Shown here piece by piece: positions 48,901 through 55,509 of a stretch of 55,509 bases of DNA. The DNA comes from Phoronis australis (Eukaryota; Animalia; Phoronida), in contig NMRA01000040.1 of NCBI GenBank assembly GCA_002633005.1, forward strand, positions 808,207 to 863,715, in the 5' to 3' direction. Below the pieces are notes generated by a model. That model had not been told where the DNA came from, searched no databases, and was given only the letters and a program-made list of their open reading frames with translations. Position 1 is the stretch's first letter; the number at the start of each line of letters is the position of its first letter. The translations under genes were made by a program, and so were the position numbers.

Positions 48901-51900
48901 GTCATGACAAGCAAACTTATTGAGCCTGACAGCTTGATAGTGCTTGAGACTATGATTGGTGAACAAAATGACCAATCATGACAAGCAAACGTATTGAGCC
49001 TGACAGCTTGATAGTGCTTGAGATTTATGATTAGTGTACAAAATGACCAACATGCCGAGAATAATATGCTTACACGAAAGTTACGCATTTTTAAAGATAT
49101 GCGTGACTTTTCACCGCTTGTCCTTCTGAGCGACTTTTACCAGGATCAAAGAGAGCACGGCACTTATGGCACAGTGCATGCTGAACTGCTAGGACTGTTT
49201 TCAAGGAATGCCTCTTGGAATACATTAATGTTTAATGCCTCTAGGGCTATTGATTGTTTATTTAAATTATGCTAGCCCAGCCACATGTTGATCTGGTGGG
49301 ACTGTTATCAAGGAAAGCATGTGGTTGTCAAGGTTACATGCCTGGGAAATGACCTATAGCTTTCATTTGAACCAAATTCAAACGGTTTTGGTACAGCCTA
49401 GACTCTACATGGATAACTGAAGAACTGTATGGATGTGAGTTTTGAATTTAAAATTGTATTTATATTGACGTGATTGTTAAGTAAAATTACTTAGACTTCA
49501 TTCATGAATCAGTAGTTTTGGTCTTACAAACAAAAGCAAGTTGATTTTCTTACTGATTCAGCCAAATTGGAGGTTATAATGGTTAGGGAAAAGTACAGCA
49601 CAGATTTCAAATGAGTTAACTGGGGTTGAGACCAGAATCAACTAGTTTCCAAAACATTGTCAAGTTACATGTAACCAGTCCTTCAAAATAATCACTTAAT
49701 TGAGACTGTAAAACTTAAGTTTGTGTCAATTTTCACATCGCTCTCTGACTGTTTGATTCACAATAGGAACAACAAATTTTTATTTTGGTTAAATGCATGG
49801 TAATTATTGGGCACAAAATAAGATTAGCATGTTGTATATTTAACTACTGGTAGGTGTTTTAACTGCCATCACCTTCAGTCATACGCATTCTCAGTCTGCA
49901 GTCAAACTATTGAACACAAGTTTAACTGTCTGTTCATACATGAGCAGAAGAGCAAATGTTCGACTTAAATCGTAATGGAGATTCTAATAATGCTATCACA
50001 AATGCCTTTTTGTGGAAAGTGAAATGGCACTCATATTTTAGGTTTGTGAATATTGAGTGACATAATGTACTTGATGAAAGCCAGAGACACTGCAGAGGTT
50101 ACGAGGCAACAAGTTGGAGTTGAAAACACCAGAACAAATATGGCGTACACAGCATCTCAAGGTTGGGTCGAACAAACATGGATGAAAACACTAGCGATCA
50201 TCCCATATGAACCCTATGGAACACCTCCGATTGCTTTAATGGAGAATAGTCTGGAGTAGAATGTGTTTAGAACGTTCACTAGTATGGTAATAACTGGATA
50301 TAACCTCTGTAGTTGTTCTTTTCAACACCATGGTAATATTGTAGAATAGAAAGGTATAATTTATGGTTGATGCCTTAGATAAATGAATGATGTTATTGGA
50401 TGATATCGCTATAGCCGAAATATTGCAAATTTCAACATAGGCCTACAAGTTCAATGATAGCCCATTCAGTAGACTGATGTATCATAAAACCATATTTGGG
50501 AAGCAAAAATAGTAATCGATGAAGTATTCGACAGTTTTCAAGTATTTTAGATGAACATGGGAAAAACAAATATGTTTATAATTGTTAAGAGTGATTTTTT
50601 TCAGTTGGCAAGTAATGAGGTAATTTAAAATAAAATGCTTAAATATGCTCGACATGCTGTTCTAAGCATGCCTTTCCACGGGGGAAAGTCAGATTTCATG
50701 GTTTTCTCCACTGGCATTCGACATATTTTGCGCCATTTTCAATGCTAATAAACACCCCGTTGGGTGCATTTCAACGCTCTGTGTTGCTGTTGTTAGTTTA
50801 GTCAAGTAAATAATATCGTTGTTGCAATTATTATAGATTTTGTCGTGCGTTAAGAATAAAACATCTCGGTATATTGTAATTAAAGCTTGGCATACATTCA
50901 AGTTGTTCTCTCAAGACACAATTTTGATTGTAATACAAGTATTATTACTAATTGCCACTGTAGACACTTTTATAGTTTCTGTTATTCATTGTCATGTGAT
51001 TTTGTTTTAATTTCTAGTCATTATACATCAGATTGAAAATTATCATGTTAAATCCAGTGTGCAGCTGATTGTGTATTTTCTTGCTTTAACAAGCGGGCAT
51101 GCAATAAAAATTATGTATTTGTCAGCTGGCATTTCTACATTAAATTATTCATGCCACAATTCAAGTATGTTGTAGTCTTGCATCCAATATTTTTTCTGGT
51201 GGTTCGCAGAAACTTCTATATAACCCCATGAAGATGTTTGCGGCAAGCTTGCAGCAATGTGTGCGGCTGGGTTGCAGGAACTGTTCCATATCCATAGAGA
51301 TGTTTGCGGCAAGCTTGCAGCAATGTGTGCGGCTGGGTTGCAGGAACTGTTCCATATAAGGACATAGAGATGTTTGCTGCAAGCTTGCGGCAAACTTCAT
51401 TTGCATGGTAAAAGTTTGCTGCATGTTTGCAGCAAGCATGCCGCAAGCTTGCGGCAATGTTTGCGGCTGGGTTGCAGGAAATTTGCATCCACTCTTTGGT
51501 CAGAGTTGATTCTACGTGTTTGCGGCTGGTTTGCAGAAACTTTTGCAGCAAGCTTGCCGCAACTTTGCGGCAAGCTTGCGGCAAGTGTTTGCAGGAAGGC
51601 TTTTTTTTGGTATGGGAAAATAAAAATATAGCAACCCTAACTGGTAAGGAAATAAAAGTAAACAGGAGTATTAAAAATAAAGTAATGAAAACAGGTGTGA
51701 AACACATTGAAACCAAGATTCCTTTGGGAAGTGGCCCTTTAATTGTCCTGATTAACGCAAATTAACTTTTAGTCTTTTTGTTATGTTTAAAATGTATCAA
51801 GTTAAAACTACCCTCCACAGTGCAGGCTTTAACTCTGTGCAAACGTCAGAGAAAACCAATTTGGGTGTAATAACAACCACCATTGTTAAGAAAGTAGTGC

Positions 51901-53916
51901 TAGCTATTACCTTTCCACTTCATTAACTCAGATCTATCTCAATACAAAAGGCCTGCTGAATAGGCATCATAAAAGTTGTCTGGGGCTTACAGAATCTGAC
52001 CAGTGACCAGTGTAAGGGAGAAATTATCCACATGAATCGTGACAAGCAAGGCTTATTGAGCCTGACCTCAAACCATAATAAACTGTCGATTCGACATGTG
52101 CAGAAATCAAAATGCAGGCCAAAGTTATATCTTGCCAAATCAAAATTTGCGTAACTACGCCAGTGGCAAATGATGACAGGAGCAATTCAAGTGCTGGTAT
52201 CCACCAACAGAAGCACACTAAGTCACAAGACAACAGAGGTAGTCTGTCAGTTTTTGGAATGTAATCAAATGTAAAGGTGAAGTTTGCAAAATAGACTGAA
52301 AATAGAAATCACATACTGAATTTTTCCAGACAATAGGTTAGTACTGTATATTGAGAATTTACCTGCTGAACAAGTTCGTCGAATGCTTGAATGTATCCGT
52401 AGAGACCAACGACATCCGAACCTCCCGATGGTATTAAGTAACACATTTCAGAAGTTTCATTCCTGAAAAAAATGCCCAAAATCTGAATGATCATTTCCAT
52501 GATGTGGAGGCTTAACCAATCAATTCAGGGCAGTAGTGACAGGGAACCTGGATTGTTAGAACCATTTTCACGCCCATTATCCAGTGGAAAAATTGCTAAA
52601 TTTAAGCTCTTTAACTCTTTTGTGGTGCACGTGTGCAGTGAGTGCAAATGAAACTCTATACTTACATAATCCGTTGCTGAAATTCTTGCATCATGGGCAG
52701 GATATCTTTCACAAATGATAACTGTTTCGAAATGAGGTGTATTCTTGAACCGCTCATTCGGTTCAGCAGTATGTTCCCAGTACATGGCAATTTGTTGGGA
52801 TCCTGAAACATAGAATTACAGTGTGGAACCCACTTCCCACTAACAACAGGTACCAATTATCACCAATGACTTGTAATTAAACTTGACGTAATCAAATACT
52901 AATACAGCATATGAAAACGCATAAGGCAACTGGGCCACTTACTAAACACTATACCTCAAAACTTTCCTAACCATTATAAAATCGATTAACAATAACAAAA
53001 ACGGAAAAGCATAAATGTTTTACACAATGCAGCTCTAATATGGCAGACACAGTGACCTCACCCTTGAATCTGTGTTAAGTCTTGTTAAACTGCGATGCTT
53101 TAGTCATATCACTGACAAATGTACTAATTTAGTAAGATGATGACATTGCAAACAACGGGAAATCTACAAACAAATGTTAGGTTGCCTCAGTATCATAAGT
53201 CTTCATATACTTTTTGAGTAGCTGAGATGGACAAAAAAACGAAAAGATCATCAGCCTGGTGGAGAAGTACTTTGTCCAAACAGCATAATACAGAAATCAA
53301 CATTATGCTGTCATTGGAATAGAACAAACGAGACAAACTTTGAGCGACTATAAAGCCATGTTAAATCCAAGAAGCCAACGTTTGATTAATTAGGACCAGT
53401 TACTGCTGTAAAAGTGGCCTCTTACTTGTTCCTTACTCAAGAGAGAAGTGGTTTCCGGGTTTGAAAAGAGCTGACAATTCATAATTCTTTGAGACCATGT
53501 TCAGCACACAAAATAACACATTGTGACGCGTCAACTCTTTAGCAGCAACGAACTTTATGATACTTCAAAGCCTCGAAATCATATCCAATTTGATACTCCA
53601 AAGCCTCGAAAGCATATCCAATTTGACTAAGGAACAATTTCAGATCAGAAGTGGTCAAAATCAATGATGGAAGGAAAGTTTAGCATTGCTTTAAGAACAG
53701 CAACTCGACTTTTGACTGATATTAACAACTGAACAAGAGAAATTGTTCTTTACTCACTGTCAGCTTTGAACGTAAAAACAGATGGCATTTCATTTTCAAC
53801 TGTGCTGCCAGCACAGCCACTGATCGGCTGTGATTAGACTGTTCACCACCACATGTCATCACATGCCGACAACCTCCCTTCACAGCATCAGCAAACAAGA
53901 ACTCCAGTTTACGAAC
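33895..53916 (-). CDS. dcyD: PLP-dependent D-cysteine desulfhydrase-like protein (ACC deaminase/DcyD family), 5'-partial, 7 coding exons: 53916-53758, 52802-52666, 52462-52363, 48207-48107, 38762-38599, 38267-38127, 33980-33895
   Basis: All six introns are GT-AG with compatible phases; total 888 nt = 295 aa plus TAA. Family motifs: VRKLEFLFADA, TCGGEQSNH, GNILLNRMSG, YLIPSGGS, ACGSGGSAAGL, GDGYG, GIMLDPVYTGKA, LFIHTGG. Confidence 0.92.
34278..34487. mobile_element. PIF/Harbinger-like MITE in intron, 3-bp CAG TSD
   Basis: CAG-GGACCCGTT...AACGGGCCC-CAG with internal CTTAAG-rich inverted sequence. Confidence 0.7.
34609..37018. mobile_element. Possible Kolobok-like non-autonomous element (TTAA-flanked)
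   Basis: TTAA-AGAGCTAGCTTGAC vs reverse complement of the right end TTAA-ACGGTAGCTTTAGAC; TIR similarity is weak. Confidence 0.35.
37504..37704. mobile_element. GC-rich MITE with 5-bp TSD (AGATG)
   Basis: AGATG-CAGAAGCGGATCTAC ... GTAGATCTGCCACTG-AGATG; right half similar to ~26540-26622. Confidence 0.8.
38127..38267 (-). CDS. dcyD: D-cysteine desulfhydrase-like, internal exon
   Basis: (E)LIMKVGSETGIMLDPVYTGKAVKGMFDEIRDRPERFKGKRLLFIHT(G); TTCCAG acceptor, GTAAAA donor. Confidence 0.92.
38599..38762 (-). CDS. dcyD: D-cysteine desulfhydrase-like, internal exon
   Basis: (R)LHAVCVCYNAVYFHQHINEMLQKVGLGKHRSEDNIDIIEGHIGDGYGQSTTEEL; CTTTTAG acceptor, GTTTGT donor. Confidence 0.88.
39915..40127. 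mobile_element. pogo/Tc2-like MITE next to a (TA)n tract
   Basis: Perfect 24-bp TIR CCGTAATCGTTCGGGTTAACGCCC, TA on both sides, internal GGGCG(G/C)TTAA repeats; (TA)n at ~39875-39914. Confidence 0.9.
40146..40987. mobile_element. Hairpin-bearing element, possibly Crypton-like non-autonomous
   Basis: Inverted repeat with ~50-bp arms at 40146-40270 and a second inverted pair TTATACCACA (40291) / TGTGGTATAA (40978-40987); no TSD seen. Confidence 0.45.
41885..42045. mobile_element. GC-rich MITE with 5-bp TSD (TACAG)
   Basis: TACAG-CAGGCCGTAGGGGCGGATCCAGG ... AAATCCGTCATTG-TACAG; interior CGTCAGACATTCGC shared with ~5566-5580 and, inverted, ~21430. Confidence 0.65.
43604..47221 (+). repeat. 3.6-kb dispersed repeat 'C', copy 2 (intronic)
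   Basis: Direct homology with 1281-4859 with scattered substitutions and indels; same right boundary GGAGACTA. Confidence 0.85.
48107..48207 (-). CDS. dcyD: D-cysteine desulfhydrase-like, internal exon (Gly-rich PLP phosphate-binding loop)
   Basis: NVLEKYDDIILACGSGGSAAGLCIGNILTGSKV(R); TTACAG acceptor, GTTTGT donor. Confidence 0.92.
48637..49050. repeat. 74-bp minisatellite, ~5.6 copies
   Basis: (C/T)TTGATAGT recurs at 48637, 48711, 48785, 48859, 48933, 49007. Confidence 0.93.
51165..51615. repeat. Cluster of palindromic GC(A/G)GCAAGCTTGC repeats, probably part of a MITE-like element
   Basis: Many TTGC(A/G)GCAAGCTTGC and GCGGCTGGGTTGCAGGAA units, including a ~64-bp tandem duplication; only one plausible terminus (TTTTTGGTATGGG). 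Confidence 0.65.
52363..52462 (-). CDS. dcyD: D-cysteine desulfhydrase-like, internal exon
   Basis: NETSEMCYLIPSGGSDVVGLYGYIQAFDELVQQ; TTTCAG acceptor, GTAAAT donor. Confidence 0.9.
52666..52802 (-). CDS. dcyD: D-cysteine desulfhydrase-like, internal exon
   Basis: DPNKLPCTGNILLNRMSGSRIHLISKQLSFVKDILPMMQEFQQRI(M); TTTCAG acceptor, GTAAGT donor. Confidence 0.9.
53758..53916 (-). CDS. dcyD: D-cysteine desulfhydrase-like, most 5' exon found in the window
   Basis: VRKLEFLFADAVKGGCRHVMTCGGEQSNHSRSVAVLAAQLKMKCHLFLRSKLT; AAG acceptor, GTGAGT donor. The PLP lysine (GNK) should end the preceding, unseen exon. Confidence 0.92.
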
Positions 53917-54751
53917 CTTTACAAACACGATTTAAAATAATGTTTAGCAGTATCACTGAGCAACCAAAAATGAGGATACATGTATGTCAACCAAGTGTTG
54001 AGGGAATGAAATAGCAATTATGTGAATTGTAGATGGCATTTCCATGCAATGGAAAATCATTTTGACCAGCTAACTTGTGCTAATGATTGGAATGTTAACG
54101 ATCCCTCGCACTATTCAAACCTTGTTTCAGAGAGATATCAAATAAAGAGTGGATACTTGCGACTTTTAAAGAATATTGAGACTGACTTTTCATTTAGGAA
54201 GATCAGTTGCTTTCAGCAAGATGGAATGATAATAGGGATAACATTTACCATACTTACAACAAACGGTGAACTACTATTGCCAAATTCATATCACGATTTT
54301 TCACCAACTCACTTTGTTCCCTGATAATGTGCTACCAGTCATGTCATCTCGTTTTATATCAACCAAGAAACCTCCGTTGAGATCACGGTACCACGACTGG
54401 ATAGGCGTATTAAGCATTGCCAGCTGCAACATCAAGTAACGAATGCTTATTTTCCCGAGACAGTAATAAGGTCGGCATTAGAGGTAATGGATGGATAAAA
54501 AGAGGCCAAAGACAATGAAAAACTAAGAGGAAGAAGCTATGCTATTCACTGTGAGCACAGACTATTCAAAAATAAGTACATTTGAAGGAAAGGCGGAAGC
54601 CGTGCCTTATATAATTATTGAGTTCTGGTACTCCTATGATACATAAATGAGTGAGAGTGGTGTGACTCACATGTGTAAATTATTGTAAGAGGTATGTGAT
54701 AGTAGTGTATTTTATATATTTTAGAAATTATATGTTGCTAAAAAAAGTTAA

Positions 54752-54820
54752 TCGTATCAGGATTTGAACCATGGTGCTCTGGCTTGGTTGTCTGGAGGTG
54801 TCACCGATAGACCATTGGTA
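54752..54820 (-). mobile_element. tRNA-derived (SINE-head-like) sequence
   Basis: A-box-like TGGTCTATCGG and B-box GGTTCAAATCC at tRNA-like spacing; no convincing cloverleaf. Confidence 0.4.
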
Positions 54821-55509
54821 ACTACTGATTTGTTAGGGCATTGTTTCTGGTGGTAATTCCAAATAGTAGATGTGTAAGGTAACCAGTTCAAACCGGTTTT
54901 GTATTCACTCCAGGAGAGGTATTTAGCCTGACCTCTGTGATTTTGGCGGCATTATTGTTTCTGCAGTGTATGGGAAAGGTTGTGTATTGGAGGTGCTATT
55001 TGCCATGATAGGTAAGAGCTGTAATTTTGATACTTTTGAGATTGTTAGTATTTATATCAGAAACTTGTCATTATGGTGTATAATTGTAGTTCCAGACTGT
55101 TGTGTTTTGTTTTATATTTTGTCATGAAGTGCAGTCAGGTTTTGATGATTGTAGATTGTAAGGGTAATGTAATGCGGCCATGTTGTTCCGTTTGGGGCGT
55201 GGCTCTATTTTGTTGTTACTTTATTATAATATGGAATAATTTTGTATTTCAGTTACGAATCATTAATCAAAAAGGCAGCCGAGGATCATCTAACTCATAT
55301 TGACTTAGTAGGTGTTTCCTTATTTTTTGTTTATTCCAGTGTGTGTAAACTGTTTAGTGGAATAGATGAATTGCTAACTATGTATTTCTCATAACATATA
55401 ATGTGGCAGATCTATGTAAATAATATACCGTGAATTGTATCTGGTTCAAACCCATTGTAAATATTGTTTTATTTGTTACAGGATTGAAATCTGCGAAATA
55501 AATAGTTTT

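Noticed and set aside
48637-49050. Regularly spaced repeats as a possible CRISPR array
   Set aside because: The whole 74-bp unit repeats with no unique spacers, there are no cas genes, and the context is a eukaryotic intron.
53917-55509. Upstream dcyD-like exon carrying the PLP lysine (GNK)
   Set aside because: No minus-strand GNK followed by a GT donor found by eye; probably outside the window.

Overview
AT-rich eukaryotic genomic DNA, most consistent with an invertebrate animal (inferred from GT-AG introns, a TRIM-like gene and the transposon spectrum); the prokaryote-style ORF track is mostly noise. Two genes are supported. (1) A single-coding-exon TRIM-like RING/B-box/coiled-coil protein with unusual internal hydrophobic segments (12263-13663, +), followed by a decayed tandem paralog (~17254-17966). 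(2) A minus-strand, multi-exon PLP-dependent D-cysteine desulfhydrase-like gene. I reconstructed seven phase-compatible coding exons by hand (53916 down to 33895, 295 aa plus stop); its 5' exon(s) were not found and probably lie beyond the window. The rest is dense, deeply nested mobile DNA: ISL2EU-like elements with THAP remnants (one nested three deep, with a paralogous empty site), a self-nested Helentron/HINE-like array carrying DR1 motifs, a decayed piggyBac ending in a TIR-TTAA-TIR palindrome, a GC-rich MITE family with 5-bp TSDs, Harbinger-like and pogo/Tc2-like MITEs, Tx1-like and CR1/L2-like LINE fragments, a 3.6-kb dispersed repeat, and mini/microsatellites. I cannot support a clearly new multi-gene system. 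The best novelty candidates are the membrane-type TRIM family and the transposon-in-transposon architectures. Family assignments come from motif recognition only; no searches were run.
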